DNA from: Mobula birostris
Lineage: Eukaryota
Length of the DNA: 64,000 bases
Direction: 5' to 3'
Assembly (NCBI RefSeq): GCF_030028105.1
Contig: NC_092370.1
Location: 32,994,643 to 33,058,642 of the forward strand
A program made the position numbers and the translations under genes. This document shows positions 11,625 to 25,200 of the stretch, one piece after another; position 1 is the stretch's first letter, and each line of letters opens with the position of its first letter. The notes beneath the pieces are model-generated. The model worked only from the letters and a program-made list of their open reading frames with translations, was not told the origin of the DNA and did not search any database.

Positions 11625-13055
11625 GCTGAGGTAGGTCTGTGGCGTTCAAGACCAGTGATGGTGATCTATACAAGACGTGCAGGCAGGATCAATGAAAGGC
11701 TATTTTAAGAGCAAGAAAACAATTCTGAAGAGGGGTGTGCAGGCCATTACTTCCTACAAGGTGAAGCCTAACATCATGAATCACTGTGATGCTTCACTCC
11801 CAGATGAGCTCTGTGCCCTTTTTTATTTTAAAAAATACATGTTTTAAGAGGGAGAATAAAACTAAATTTGTGTGAATCTTTGCAGCATCTGGTGACCTTG
11901 TGATCTCTGTCTCAGAGTCCAACGTCGCAACATCTTTCACGAGGGTGAACCCTTGCAAGGCGTCAGGCCCTGATGCTGTAACCAGTAGGACATTGAAAAC
12001 CTGTAGCAGCCGACTGGCGGGAGTGTTCAAGAACATCTACAGTCAGAGGTACCCACCTTCTTCGAAAGGGCAACAATCACACCAATGCCCAAGAAGAGCA
12101 GGATGAGCTGCTTAATCAAACTTCACCCAGTAGCGTTCACATCTGCTGTGATGAAGTACTTTGAGAGGTTAGTCATGGCCAGGACTAACTCCTGCCTATG
12201 AAAGTACCTGGACCTGCTACAATTTGCCCATTGCCACCATAGGTCAACAGTGGATGCAATTTCACTGGTTCTCCACTCTGCCTGGACCACCTGGACAAAA
12301 GTAATAGTAATCGGACTGCTGTTTATTGATTCCAGCTCAGCTTCAACACAATCATACCCTTAGTTCTAAACAAGTTCCAAAATCTGGACTTCTGTACCTC
12401 CCTCTGCAACTAGATCTTTGACTTCCTCACCAGAAGACCACAGACTGTGTGGATCAGAGATGACATCTCCCCCAAAGGTGGCACAACAGCGGCTGTATTT
12501 CATTAGGAGCTTGAGGAGACTCAGTATGTCACCAAAGCTTCCCGTAAGTTTCTACAGATGTAGCGTAGAGAGCATTCTAACTGGTTGCATCACAATCTCA
12601 TATGGAGCAGTCATTGTACAGGATTGGAAAAAGCTCCAGAAAGCTACAAATGCAGCCAGCTCAATGATAGGTGCTAGCCTATCCAGCATAGAGGACATCT
12701 TCAAAAGGTGATGCCTCAAAATGGCAATATTCATCATTAAGGACCACCATCACCAAGGACATGTCCTCTTCTCATTGCTACCACCGAGGAGGAGGAAAAG
12801 AAGCCTGAAGACACACACTCAACATTTCAGGAACAGCTTCTTCCCCTCTGCCATCAGATTTCTGAATGGACAACAAACCTATACCAACTATTTATCTTGC
12901 TATTTATTCTCTCTTTTTGCACAACTTTTTAAAATTTTATATATATAATTCTTATTTAATTTATAGTTTTTATTATTATGACTGCAATGTACTGCTGCCA
13001 CAAAACAACTTATTTCACAACATATGCCAGTGATATTAAACCGGGTTCTGATTCA
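11625..13055 (+). mobile_element. Rex1/Babar LINE, degenerate, internally deleted
   Basis: RVNPCKASGPD; KVAQQRLYFIRSLRRL..FYRCSVESILTGCI; 3' end gatattaaaccgggttctgattc. The RT core is missing near 12470. Confidence 0.85.
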
Positions 13056-13399
13056 TTTGATGTTTGGCGCATCACAGACACTCTAGGAATGTAGCAGCCA
13101 GCTTAATCAGTGCTGTAGACATGCATCCAGGTATCATATGTCACCTTGAAACAAATTTGATAGCTATAGCGCTCAAAACGAAAGATTTGTTACCTGACTG
13201 CAGCATACCAAGTTGTAAAAAGGATAGTTACAATGGGAAAGAGCAAAACAATTAATCCAGATTAAAAAGGATGGCATAAACACCCCAGAGGAAAAAAGAT
13301 GTAGGATTGGATGAGAGACTGGAAAATCTATTTGGGTGAAAGGATCAGTGCAGAAATGCATAAATCATACAGTTCGAACAAAAACAAAGTTCATTGTAG

Positions 13400-13730
13400 T
13401 GCAAAGTGTTCATGATTTTCCTATACTGGAGGTGGTGATTAGGGTTGCGCAGGTTGGTTTAAAAACCCAGTGGTTGAAGGGAAGCTGCTGTCCTTGAACC
13501 TGATGAAGTGGGACTTCTGGCCTCTGTACCTCTTACCCAATCAAAGCTATGAAAAGTTGACATGGCCCAGGTGGTGGGGATCTTTGATGACAGATGTTCC
13601 CTCCTTGAGGCATCACTTCATGTAGATAATTCCGATGGTGGGGAGAGACATGCCAGTGATGTATTGGCTAGAATTCACGATTCTCTGCAGCTTCCTGTGT
13701 ACCAGACCATTATGCAGCCAGTCAGGGTAC
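13400..13730 (-). mobile_element. Rex1/Babar fragment
   Basis: Antisense of the LTGCI.VW..IIKDP.H and RFKDSFP segments. Confidence 0.7.
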
Positions 13731-13734
13731 TGGC

Positions 13735-14020
13735 GTCCACCACCGGTGCATAGTGCAGCATTGACAAAATAAACTGCAGTCACTTACTCAGACTACACTG
13801 ACAGCACCTTCCAAATCTATCATCTCCAGTACAAGGGCAACAAGCACGTGGGAACACTATCCTGACCTGGAGCCTTTCCCTCATCGTTACTGGGTGTGAA
13901 TTTTAGAACTCCCTCCATGACGGCATTGTCATCAGAAGGACTGCACTGGTTCAAGTACATCTCACCACTTCCTTCTCAAGGGCCATTAGGAGTAGGCAAC
14001 AATGCCCAGTTCCTGAAAAT
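13735..14020 (+). mobile_element. Ancient LINE 3' end (CR1/L2-group)
   Basis: ggactgcactggttcaag..caccacttccttctcaagggccattagg; related copies near 2425-2640 and 3430-3475. Confidence 0.5.
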
Positions 14021-14599
14021 AGTTTAAAGAGGCTACCTATAACAAGATGGTCCTTGGGCTGCTCTCATACAGTGTTGTTATTCCATTAGAAGAAAAGTAT
14101 ACAATTTAAAGATATATGTAAAATTGTCAACGGTGAGGTGAAAATGCTTTCTTGTTGTTGAATATTTCTATTTCCCAAACATTTCATAATTTCAGAGATT
14201 AGGATTTTCCTTTTCAGTGACAAAAGGTCTGTATTGATCTCTGCCTTTGACTATATTTGAAGTACCATAAAGGCTATTGGATATAATATCTAAATTATAC
14301 TGATTTTTCACCTGTGCACATTAGCATTCAATACTTTTTTAAAAGTTTTACAGAATCACTTCAAATAACTTAAAAATCTCACATCTAGTGTCGTGAAACA
14401 ATCTTCATCGCACTTAGCATTCCTGTGTTATAGCCCCAGCAATTACCATGTCCCTTTTAAACTTATTTTAGCTTGATGTTATTGATCTTGACTGCCTTCA
14501 TTCACAGAACATTGTTGTGGTGGTTTCTCTTAATAAGAAGTGTTAAGTAGTGCTATGCCTGCTGCAGGGCACACCGATAATAAGCTTATAATCTTTGGC

Positions 14600-15210
14600 T
14601 TTAAAAATTCCAGCAACGTGAGCAATCCTTTTGTGTTTGACAGCTTGGATCCAGAATATGTCTTAAAATTACTGCAAAGTCTGGTGTATGATCGTTATCC
14701 TGGAAATTTTAAAAAAAATTATTGGGGTGAAGTTTATACTCTTGATACAATTTATATACTGTACCTGGATACATGACAGTAAATCTTCCCACAATGTAGG
14801 ATGTGGTCACGTTCTGCCAGTTTCTTGCCAAAATACTCTCCTCAATGCTGCTGGATTCAGGCTCCCCTCTGATTGTCTAATAATCTGGGAACCTATTTTT
14901 CCCATAACGTGCATTATGTGTAAAGTGAGCAACTTGAAGCTACCTGGACAAAGAAATTAGCAAAAAAAAAAGGGCTCAAAAGTTTTTAATTCCAATAATT
15001 GATGTTTGCACAAGTGTGTGTGGGTGGGGGAAGGTAACTTGAGCACAGGTGCAACTTTATACCAGATTCTATAGTACTGTACTATTTTCCCTATAAAAGA
15101 AACATCCAATCCACATTCTATATCCCTAATTCTTTGTTTCTGCTGCTTCTGTTTATGCATGTGCTCTATTTTAATTTGAACTTCCTTCAGAATATCGTTC
15201 AATATCCTGA
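14600..15210 (-). pseudogene. Gypsy integrase relic
   Basis: ILKEVQIKIEHMHKQKQQKQRIRDIECGLD..IGKIVQ resembles LRKEVL..LH.GH.G..K.K.RAR..VWWPG.D; later SSSIEESILARN. Confidence 0.45.
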
Positions 15211-15607
15211 AAATTTGGCATACTAGAAGTAGTTCATCTTTCTCAGCATTGTTTCAGAATATTCATACAATACCAGTGTGAGCTGTGGTTCTTGATTCCA
15301 CATTTATAACATGGGCAGAATATTTTTCAAAAATAAACTCAGTGTTACCTAAAATATATTATAAAATGCCAACAGGGTTCATATTACAAATATAAAAACA
15401 AATTACTTGTAAAGTAAACACAAAATCATGATTATACTTTAATTTTCCCCTCTCCCAATGGCTCATTGTTTTATTTGCCTACAGACTGTATTTATCCCCA
15501 GCCCTGGTGATGTCATTCCGGTCTAACACTTCCATTTTTATTTTTCAGATAATTTTGCGAAGTGCCTAACTACTAACTCAACTTCCTATATTTAATTTTA
15601 TATTTCA

Positions 15608-15722
15608 GTTTAGCCAGGGCATCAAAGGGTATGGGGTGAAGGCAGGGGAGTGGGGATGTCTGGAAGAATTGGATCAGTCCATGATTGAATGGCCTACTTC
15701 TGCTCCTATACCTTATGGTCTT
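15608..15722 (+). mobile_element. CR1 3' UTR fragment
   Basis: cagggcatcaaagggtatgggg..ggcctacttctgctcctata..ttatggtc. Confidence 0.75.
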
Positions 15723-15734
15723 AATTTCTTTGTT

Positions 15735-15995
15735 ATTGAGATACAACACAGAATAAGCCCTTTGGACCCTTCAAGCCATGCTGCCCTGATTTAATCCTAA
15801 CCTAATCACAGGACAATTTACAATGACCAATTAACCTATCAACTGGTACCTATTTGGACTGCGGGAGGAAACCAGAGCACCCAGAGGAAGGCCACAGGGA
15901 GAACGTACAAACTCTGTACAGGCAGCAGGAGGAATTGAACACGAGCCACTGGTGCTGTAAAGTGTTGTGCTAACCACTACATTACTGTGCTGCCC
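15735..15995 (-). mobile_element. tRNA-derived V-SINE (HE1-like)
   Basis: Minus-strand head gggcagcacagtaatgtagtggttagc (A box), gttcaattcc (B box), V-domain gggtgctctggtttcctcccgcagtccaaa, CR1-like tail. Confidence 0.85.
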
Positions 15996-16125
15996 TATGC
16001 AGCTGTTTCCCCATGTGCACGCACTATTGCAGCAGCACAACTGAAAACTGAGAACAAAATCAAGTACGTACCAGTAGGTTTTAATTGCCATATTACCCTA
16101 TCCTAGCTGAAGCGTATATCCAAAT

Positions 16126-16385
16126 CACAAACAAGAGAAAAGTCTGCAGATGCTGGAAATCCGAGCAACACGCACAAAATGCTGGAGGAACTCAGCAGGC
16201 CAGGCAGCATCCAGGAAAAGAGTGCAGTCGATGTTTTGAGCCGAAACCCTTTGGCAGGACTGGAGAGTGGTGGTGGAGCTTTTTTCTCCAGCCCTGCCGG
16301 TCTTTTGGCCTGAAATGTCGACTGTACTCTTTTCCTAGATGCTGCCTGGCCTGCTGAGCTCCTCCAGCATTTTGTGTGTGTTGCA
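16126..16385. mobile_element. Palindromic PLE hairpin with 11-bp TSD
   Basis: ~100-bp near-perfect inverted arms; tatatccaaat at 16115-16125 and 16386-16396. Confidence 0.88.
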
Positions 16386-16669
16386 TATATCCAAATAATT
16401 GGTTATTCCCATTTCAGGGGCAGAATGTGCTGCGTGCTGAGGAGGATAAACAAATACGTCACTGGTCTACCATAAAGTAGTACATAGTTTACTGACAATA
16501 TGAACCATTTCACAGTGCAGATCTTAACAAAGTAATAGGGCATCCCCATGAGGGTCTATAAAGATGAATTCAGAGAGACAAATTGTATGGGAGTTGGAAT
16601 AATAACATTCATCTTTTTGGTTTGCATAAATAACATTTAAAAATATTTAATTAGGAAATGGTGGTCATA

Positions 16670-17133
16670 AAAGATTCTGCAGATGCTGGAAATCTATGTA
16701 TTTATATATTTATTTAGCTGCATAGTAGGCCCTTTCGGCTTTTTGATCCATGCGGTCCCAGCTACCCGCCATAAATCCGATTAATCCTAACCTAATCACA
16801 GGACAATTTACAATGACCAATTCACCTACTAACCATTATGCCTTTGGACTGAGGGGAAACTGGGACAGCCTGGGAAAATCCATGCATTCCACAGAGAGAA
16901 CGTACAAAATCCTTACAGAACGGTACCGGAATTGAACTCTGAAACGAAATAGTGTCACGCTAACTGGTACACTACCGTGGCGCCCATGTTGAGAAACACG
17001 TACAAAATACCTGAGGAACTCAGCAGGTAAGGCAGCATCTGTGGTGGGAAATAAACAGTTAATGTTTTGTGTGAGTCCTGGTGACTGTTTATTTCCCTCC
17101 ATAGATGTTGCCTGAGCTACTGAGTTGCTCCAT
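16670..17133. mobile_element. Palindromic PLE unit interrupted by a SINE
   Basis: gattctgcagatgctggaaatc, then the SINE, then acacgtacaaaat..ggcagcatctgtggtgggaaataaacagt mirrored by actgtttatttccctccatagatgttgcc. Confidence 0.7.
16697..16985 (-). mobile_element. tRNA-derived V-SINE (HE1-like)
   Basis: Head gggcgccacggtagtgtaccagttagc, B box gttcaattcc; shares taatcctaacctaatcacaggacaatttacaatgaccaatt with 15735-15995; AT-rich tail. Confidence 0.85.
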
Positions 17134-17134
17134 T

Positions 17135-17765
17135 TTAAGAAGGATGTAGAGACTTGAAATGGTTTACCAAGATGCTTCTTGGATTAGAAGACAGATCATA
17201 AGGTATAGGAGCAGAATTAGACCATTTGGTCCATGAAGTCTGCTTTTCTATTCCATCATGGCTGATTTATTATCCCATTCTCCTCCTTATCCCCATAACC
17301 TTTGAAACCCTTACTATCATGAACCTATCAACCTCTGCTTCAAATATACCCAGTGACTTAGCCTCCACGGCTGTTTGTGGCAATGAATTCTCCACCGTCT
17401 GGCTAAAGAAATTCCTCATCATCTTTGTTCTAAAGGTATGTCCTTCTATTCTGAAGCCATGCCCTCGAGCCCTACACTTCCCCAATATAGGAAACATTCT
17501 CTGCACGTTCACTATCTAGGCCTTGCAGCGTTCGATAGATTTCAATTAGAACCCCCCTCCCCTTCAATTAGAACTCCAGCAAGTACTGACCTAGGACCAT
17601 CAAACACTCCTCATATGTTAACTCTGTCAATATTGGGATCATTCTCGTGAACCTCCTCTGGACTCCACAATACCAGCCCATCCTTTCTTAGAAAAGGAGC
17701 CTAAAACTATTCACAGTACTCCAAATGAGGTTTGACCAATGATTTAAAAATTCTTAGTGTTACAT
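17135..17765 (-). mobile_element. CR1 3' fragment (minus) abutting a short plus-strand CR1 piece
   Basis: ORF 17270-17512 RMFPILGKCRARGHGFRIEG..RNFFSQ; plus-strand RKDVE..FTKMLLGL at 17135-17190. Confidence 0.8.
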
Positions 17766-18629
17766 CCTATTCTACCCATAATTACTGAAAAAGTAGATCA
17801 GAAACATTCGATTTTATCCATAGCATTTAAGAGTTAAACTTAAATACAATATTGTACTTTGTTCCAATTCCACAAGAGCTTATAAAGTTCCATGCAAAGA
17901 ATTTCACAAATCTTTAATATCCAATTCTATTATCAGTTAAAATGCATTTTGAGTATCAATACGTTAAACTTGATAGATGGTGGAGCAAAATTTCAGTACA
18001 TGTCAATAACATGTATACACAAAGATTCTTTGACTTGTATAAATCATGACTGATGTTTTTCATTGAGATTTAGATGACCCAACATGTTAGATGATTCTAA
18101 CATGCAATGTTTCATTAATTTTTCTCTTTCATTTCAGTTACCCAATTTCACTGTTACTAGTGAAAATGTTCTTAACATTATATATTTTAAAATACGTTAT
18201 TTCTTCTCCTTTTCCTATTCAGTCAGTCTATGCTGTAAATTATTCTTGGTTAGAGTGCTATCAAGCCGGAATCTGCCTGATCAACAAATATATTCGGATC
18301 TTTCATTTGATTACAATTAATGTCATATTCCTTTATTCCTGTTCAGGTTTGCCCATTCTGTCTTTATTTCCCATCATCCCCTTTTTCCTTTATCTAAAAT
18401 CAAATCTATTTTGAATATCATCCTACTGTCCTTTTTTTTAAACTTAGTGAATTTATTAACTTCACAAAGTGTATAAAATTTCTCTTGCTTTAAATATTAA
18501 AAGGTCTTAAGAAATAGTCTTTTATTTTGATCTGTCTATCCTTATGCAAATTTGAACTTTTAATTTCATACAAGTTACAGCAGTTGTATCTAATAATTAA
18601 AGCCTTCTGTTATGTAACCGTCCTATCAA

Positions 18630-19140
18630 CTATGAAAACAACAAGTTCCGCAGTTATGCTGACAGCACCCCGCTGTGCATCACAACTCTTCATCTCAGCC
18701 ACTCTGCTGTTATTACTTGGTTCTCCATCAACATCTCTTGAGCAGAAACATATTGTGAATATTGAAACCGTTGCCTTTCGTCTCTGGCAAATACCTTATT
18801 CCCTCTACATTGACTCCCTCCACAAATGTTTGGGACTGTACAAGACAAATAACAACCTTGATGATGAATTTGAACTTCTAACCACCAGAACATTTACAAC
18901 TACTGTATGACTGTATCCATAACAACCATTGGAGAAACTGTCATTCAAGCCTTTATCTCTATCCCAGTCCTCTCTGATTAGTCTCCCATCATTTTTTACT
19001 TCCTGTAAGCTGGTATGCATCTAAAATTGGGGTGCATCCATTCTGATTCACCAATTCCCATCCATCCATCAGTCCTGCTCCCACTGACATACCTTGGCTC
19101 ACAGCCTGTCAATAGCTCAGTTTTGGAATTATTATTTATG
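18630..19140 (+). mobile_element. Ancient L2-type LINE RT relic
   Basis: FRSYADSTPLCIT (like FH.YADDTQLY), then NIETVAF and LDDEFE in L2 order. Confidence 0.55.
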
Positions 19141-21549
19141 TTTTCCATGCCAGTTAACCTTTCAGATGGAGGGAGCTTTCCAACAGACTAAACAAACAAC
19201 AGATAACATAGTAACTTGCAATGTATTGGACACCTCCATCACAGACATACTAGTGGTGCTGATATGGTTGCTACTGGTATGAATATGTTATATATTACCA
19301 TGAGATTCATTTTCTTACAAGCATTTATATGAAAAAGAAACACAATAGAATTTCATGAAAAGCTATACATAGACATTCATTTTTAATGAATTTGTGGAGT
19401 GTATAAATTCAGCATTTTTACTGTTTGTTAAAAGCGTCACAGTGACATCTAGCACTGAGAAATTGCGTATGATATTCAGATGGTATCTTTTGCATCAAAA
19501 TGCAAGCTTTATAATGCTGTATTTAAATGAAGTTTTTCTATATCTACATCAGAAAAGTTTGGTTGTCAGTAGAATTAGATCTGTTGTGCTGGTAGGAAAC
19601 CAACTCGTGCACTGGAAAACTTCCCTTTAAATATATTCTGGAGAATGACCCATGACCATATTGCTGAATCCACACCCTCTGCCCTCTTCACGAACATGTG
19701 CACTTGCAGCCAAGTCTAACACTCATAAATAACGTACATACACCCATTCAGGCCTCACACTCAGACTCACAAAGACTCACTTACGCCCGCACATAAATAA
19801 CAGCTGCTTTAGAAAGGCAATCCAAGGTACTTGGTATCTATGGTGCTATTTCTCAGCAGTAATTTAAGTCAGTAAAGAGATTATAGAAAGCAGAAGCAAA
19901 AAAAATATAATTTTAACTGGGTTATAAAATTAAAAAAACTATAAGCCATATTTCTGAGAAGAAAAGTTGTTTTGATATATCAGTAAATTAAGAAAAGTAT
20001 TTGTTAGTTAAAGTTTTTTTAAAAGTAGATTGCTTGGGTTTGAAATGTTCCAGTTGGGGATTGTTAACTGAAGCATGCTCTCTCCACCACCCATAAAACT
20101 GTGGTATTCAAGCAGTCCGTCATTTATAAATTATGGGTTCATTCTCAGAGTATGTTGTTGACCTTTTTTGAGTAATAGGTACAATCTAATGATTACATAA
20201 ATAAACCTGGAACTTTGAAACCCCAATTCTGAAGGCATGTCCTGTTTAATGTGGCTTTAGCTGAAGTTACAGAGTTAAAATGTAGCAAGATCAGAACTCA
20301 AGTTAGTTTATCTTGTGTTCTGACAGTCAACATGGTAGATAATCTCATTAAATGTATGTTGCATATCAATACTGTAAACTTGTACCAATAAAAAAATAGA
20401 ATTGGTTAAATATTCTAATGATCTTAAATCAGAGGTTTCCCACACTCTCAGGTTAAGAAATAAGGTGGTGTATGCAACAATGGGTGACTAAATTCTGTGA
20501 CTTCATCACTGCCAAGGCATTGTTAGCCAATTTAGTGAATTTGTTACGCAAGCTTGCTTAAGTGTAATTCAGTTGAAAATCATTTTGCACTCTCGGTACA
20601 CATCAAATCTGCTTTTCACATCAGTTATTTAAAGGGTATTAGCCAATGTGAACTAGTATTGGCCAATAATAATTCATAGGATGAATTAATTGAGAACCTG
20701 GTTTATTTGATATGAGAATCAGAATTATCTTAAACTCAGTTTCAAGTGTTGTTAAATTCACCTAATGACTTCACTAACTTGCTATCATACTATACATTCT
20801 GACAAAAGTTAAAAATTTGATATTCAAAACTGCACATTTCAATTATTCAGTTTTACATTTTTCTGTTGTGAAAATGTTTCATTCAATCAATTGAAAGCTA
20901 TATGCCAGTAAGTTTCCATGGTGTGCTCAAAGAAATTCTAATTCTCTGGGCTGGATTTGTTAAAACTAAATTTTAGTCATTGCTGGGAATGCACTCGTAA
21001 TGTGGGTCATAGCTTTGTACTGTAGCAGTTTTCAGTGCTATTTTTAGCATGGCTTTGAATTTCATGGAAATGGCCATGTAGGGAAATGGGAATAATGAGT
21101 TGGTTTCCTGTGGTTCCATACCAAAGGGTGATGGAGTGTCTTTTTCCAAGCTGTCTGATGTTTCACTGTTTTATCAAGTACAGAAAATGGAATGATTTCA
21201 TCAGTAGGTTAAAACATCTAAAATAGGTCTTTTCCAGCAGAAATGTTCTTGAATGGCTTTATGACTTTATAGTCATGAAACAAGATTTTGAAAGAATGGA
21301 TTTTATCGGTGTTTTCCCAGGTTAAGAAGCTAAATGTTATAACTTCAACACTCAGTCATTCTGAGATCGATTATAACCTCTGAGTCTTCTGGAACTCCTG
21401 ACTGATGATAGTGCTGAGATCAGAAACCATCCTAAGACTTTATCACATTCTCCGGTGTCTAGAGCCACATATCACATCAACTTCAAATCATTTTCAACCT
21501 TAAATTCCTTAGAGTAGAATGAATATATCTATGAAACAATAAATGACAT

Positions 21550-21950
21550 TCATTATTCAAGGTTGTCTTTCACAACTTCAGAATGTCCCAAAGCTCTTTA
21601 CAACCAATGCACTTATAATATTTTTGGAATGTCGAAATCAATAGCACACTTGTACACAAACTCCCACAGAGAGCAATGTATTATTAACCATGTGATTATT
21701 GAGATTTGATTGACAGATGCATGTTGACCAAGTCACTTAAGATAAATCATGTTCTTCTATTCATCTTTCATGTCCACCTGAGAAACCAAATAATCTACCA
21801 TCTAACTTCAACCAAAAAAATGCAGAACCTTTGTTATTGCTGCATACCTTCAGAACAACACTGGAGTTTTTCCTTAGATTGCCATTCAGTCTTTTGACTG
21901 CGACTTCAGCCTGAAGTACCAAAGACATGAATGAGTTCTACCAAATGAAA
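21550..21950 (-). mobile_element. Deu-domain SINE relic (AmnSINE1/SacSINE1-like)
   Basis: atgtcccaaagctctttacaacc, atctttcatgtccacctgaga, ctggag..ccttagatt. Weaker plus-strand relics near 11280-11425 and 35378-35500. Confidence 0.55.
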
Positions 21951-22421
21951 TGCATGTGACCCTAAATAACACTAGTAATCCAGTAGTAACAGGAAAGAAA
22001 AAGGATGCCATTCAGCCATGGAACTCATACCCCTCCCCCAAACTTAACTATAATGTAAAGATTGCAAAGATTTGCAATTCTTTTCAAAATGTTGGCTTAA
22101 TTAACTTTTGAAAACTATTATTGAATCCACCTCCTTCATCATGTCAGACTGTGTACTCCAGATGCTAACCATTTGTTAAGGAAGTTTTTCCCTCATGTTA
22201 TTTTGGTTCTTTTGCCACTCACTTTAAATCTGTATTTTTGTGTTCTTGATTCTTCTGACATGACAATTGTTTACCTCTATCCTCTTTGTTTGATGATTCA
22301 TTATTTTAGTGCCTCTCCCACACTCCTCCTCAACCCTCCATTCTCTAGGAGAACAATCCCAGCTTTGACGTAACACACTTTCTCAAAGTACCCTTACACC
22401 TTTAAAGATTTAATGCATACA

Positions 22422-23855
22422 CAGTACCTATATAAAGTATTTCCCCCCCCCCGGAAGTTTTCATATTTTATTGTTTTACAACACTGAGTCACTGGGGATT
22501 TAATTTGGCTTTTTTGACACTGTTCACAGAAGAGACTCTTTTATATCTACGTGATAACAAATTTCTACAAGTTGGTCTAAATTTATTACAATTATTAAAC
22601 ACAAAATAATTGATTGCATAATTACTCAACCCCTTCAAGACAGTGTGTAGTAGATGTACCTTTGGCAGCAATTACAGCCTTGAGTCTGTGTGGATAGGTC
22701 TCTATCAGCTTTGCACATCAGGACACTGCAATTTTTTCCCCCATTCTTCTTTACAAAAGTGCTCAAGCTCTGTCAGATTGTAGGGGAATCATGAGTGAAC
22801 AGCCCTTGTCAAGTCCAGCCACAAATTCTCAATTTGACTGAGGTCTGGACTCTGACTTGGCTGCTCCAGGACATTATCTTTGTTGTTTTTAAGCCATTCC
22901 AGTGTAGCTTGGCCAGGGTGCTGTATATGCTTGGGGGTCATTGTCTCACTGGAAGACAGATCTCCCAAGTTGCAGTTCTGCTGCAGACTACATCAGGTTT
23001 TCCTCCAAGATTTCCCTGTATTTTGTTGCATTCCTTTTACCCTCTACCTTCACAAGCCTTCCAGGGCCTGCTGCAGCGAAGCATCCCCACAGCATGATGC
23101 AACCCCACGGTAGGGATGTTGTGTTTTTGATGATATGCAATGATTGGCTTATGCCAAACATAGCACTTAGTCTGATGGCCAAAAGCTCAACTTTGGTTGC
23201 ATCAGACCATAGAAGCTTCTTCCAGCTGACTTCAGAGTCTCCCAATGCCTTCTCACAAACTCTAGTCAAGATTTCATGTGGGCTTTTCTTCAACACTGGC
23301 TGTATCTTTTGACACTCTCCCATAAAGCTGCAACTGGTGAAGCTCCAGTTGTTATATGCACACCACTGAAGTTCATAACTCCTCCATCTCCTGCCTTGTG
23401 CTTTTTAATAACCCTTTTCATGGAGTTGCTTGAAGAGTTCTTTTGTCTTTATGGTGTGGTTTTTAACAGAACACTGACCCATCAGATGTTGGACCTTCCA
23501 GATATAGGTGTATTTTTTACTACAATCAATTGAAACACCTTGACTGTACACAGGTGATCTCCATTTAACTGATTATATGACTTTCAAAACCAATTGGCTG
23601 CACCAGTGATGATTTGGTGTGTCATATTAAAGGGGGTTAATACTTAATGCAAACAATTATTTTGTGTTTTATATTTGTAATTAATTTAGATCACTTTGTA
23701 GAGATCTATTTTCACTTTGACATGGAACAGTCTTTTTCTGTTGATCAGTATTTTAAAAAAGCCAAATTAAATGCACCGTGATTCAATGTCGTAAGACAAT
23801 AAAACATGAAAAATTCTAAAGGTGGGGGGGGGCGGAATACTTTTTATAGGCTCTA
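22422..23855 (-). mobile_element. Tc1-like DNA transposon with ~200-bp TIRs, internally deleted
   Basis: cagtacctatataaagtatttcccc.. mirrored by ..ggaatactttttataggctcta-TA; long IR/DR-type arms (~22422-22640 and ~23628-23855). Confidence 0.88.
22700..23323 (-). pseudogene. Tc1 transposase DDE remnant
   Basis: WKKLLWSDATKVEL..GCIMLWGCFAAAGPGRLVKVEGK..KYREILEENL, then FQ*DNDPKH; N-terminal HTH largely deleted. Confidence 0.88.
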
Positions 23856-24239
23856 TACAAACTGCTCCAGCATCGGTTTTAGATCTGTACTTTATAATTT
23901 TGCTTCTCCTTTTCTTTTCTATCAAAATGTAATCATAACAGTTTTTATCTGCTATACATTCCCCATTTGACATTCTGTGTTCTCACACAGTCTGTCATTG
24001 TCTTCCTCATATTTATGATACTTCCCTGGTTTTTTGTTGTCTATGGATTTTGAAACTGTCAACTACAAAACCAAATCCATATTACCAATAAAAAGTAGGC
24101 CCAGGGAACACTGCTGACCAATTTCTTATCACCTGAAAAGAAACAGCATTCACTACAACAGTTTTTTGTCATTATCTTTCCTTCCAATATAACTTCCATT
24201 GTATGAGTTAAATCTTGAACGTTTATTATATGGCACTTT

Positions 24240-25200
24240 AATCTATCAAATGTTGCAGGCCTCGATGGTGTAGATGTGGAGAGGCTGTTTCCTCTGGTGG
24301 GAGAGTCTAAGACCAGAGGACACAGCCTCAGACTAGAGTGGTGCCCTTTTAGAAGGGAGATAGTACATAGAACATAGAAATCTCAGCACATTACAGGCCC
24401 TTTGGCCCACAATGTTGTGCTGACCATGTAACCTACTCTTGAAACTGCTTAGAATTTCATTACCACATAGCCCTCTATTTTTCTGAGCTTCATGTACCTA
24501 TCCAGAGTCTCTTAAAAGACCCTATTGGATCTGCCTCTACCACTGTCACTGGCAGTGCGTTCCACTCAACAGCCGCTCTCTGTGTGAAAAACTTACCTCT
24601 GACATCCCCCTTGTAGCTACTTCCAAGCACCTTAAAACTATGCTCCCTCATGTTAGCCATTTCAGCCCTGGGAAAAAGCCTCTGGATATCCATACGACCA
24701 ATGCTTCTCATCAGCTTATACACCTCTATCAGGTCACCTCATCCTCTGCCACTCCAAGGAGAAAAGGCCAAGTTCACTCAAACTATTCTCATAAGGCATG
24801 CTCTCCAATCCAGGCAACATCCTTGTAAATCTCCTCTGCACTGTTTCTATTGTATCCACATCCTTCCTGTAGTGAGGTGACCAGAACTGAACACAGTACT
24901 CCAAGTGGGGTCCGACCAGGGTCTTATATAGCTGTAACATTACCTGATGAGAAGGAATTTCCTTAGCCATAGAGTGGTGAATCTGTGGAATTCATTGTGA
25001 ATCTTGGCGGCTGTGGGGGCCAAGTTATTGGGTATATTTAAGGCAGAGGTTTATAGATTCTTGATTAGTCAGGGTATGAAGGGACACAGGGAGAAGGCAG
25101 GAGAATGGAGCTGAGCAGGAAAATGGATCAGCCATGATGAAATAGCAGAGTAGACACAATGGGCCAAATGGCCTAATTCTGCTCCAATACCTTATGGTCT
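24240..25200 (+). mobile_element. CR1 3' fragment split by a nested antisense CR1 (24362-24945)
   Basis: Host breaks at agaagggaGAT and resumes GATgagaaggaattt; the insert carries ORFs 24490-24723 and 24734-24970 plus a ttctatg tail. Confidence 0.85.

Noticed and set aside
14957-15202. ORF resembling a coiled-coil/RhoGEF DH-domain end with a splice-acceptor-like tttcag
   Set aside because: It fits the Gypsy integrase zinc-binding region better, and no consistent exon chain follows.
15930-15995. tRNA-like A/B boxes
   Set aside because: SINE head, not a complete cloverleaf tRNA gene.
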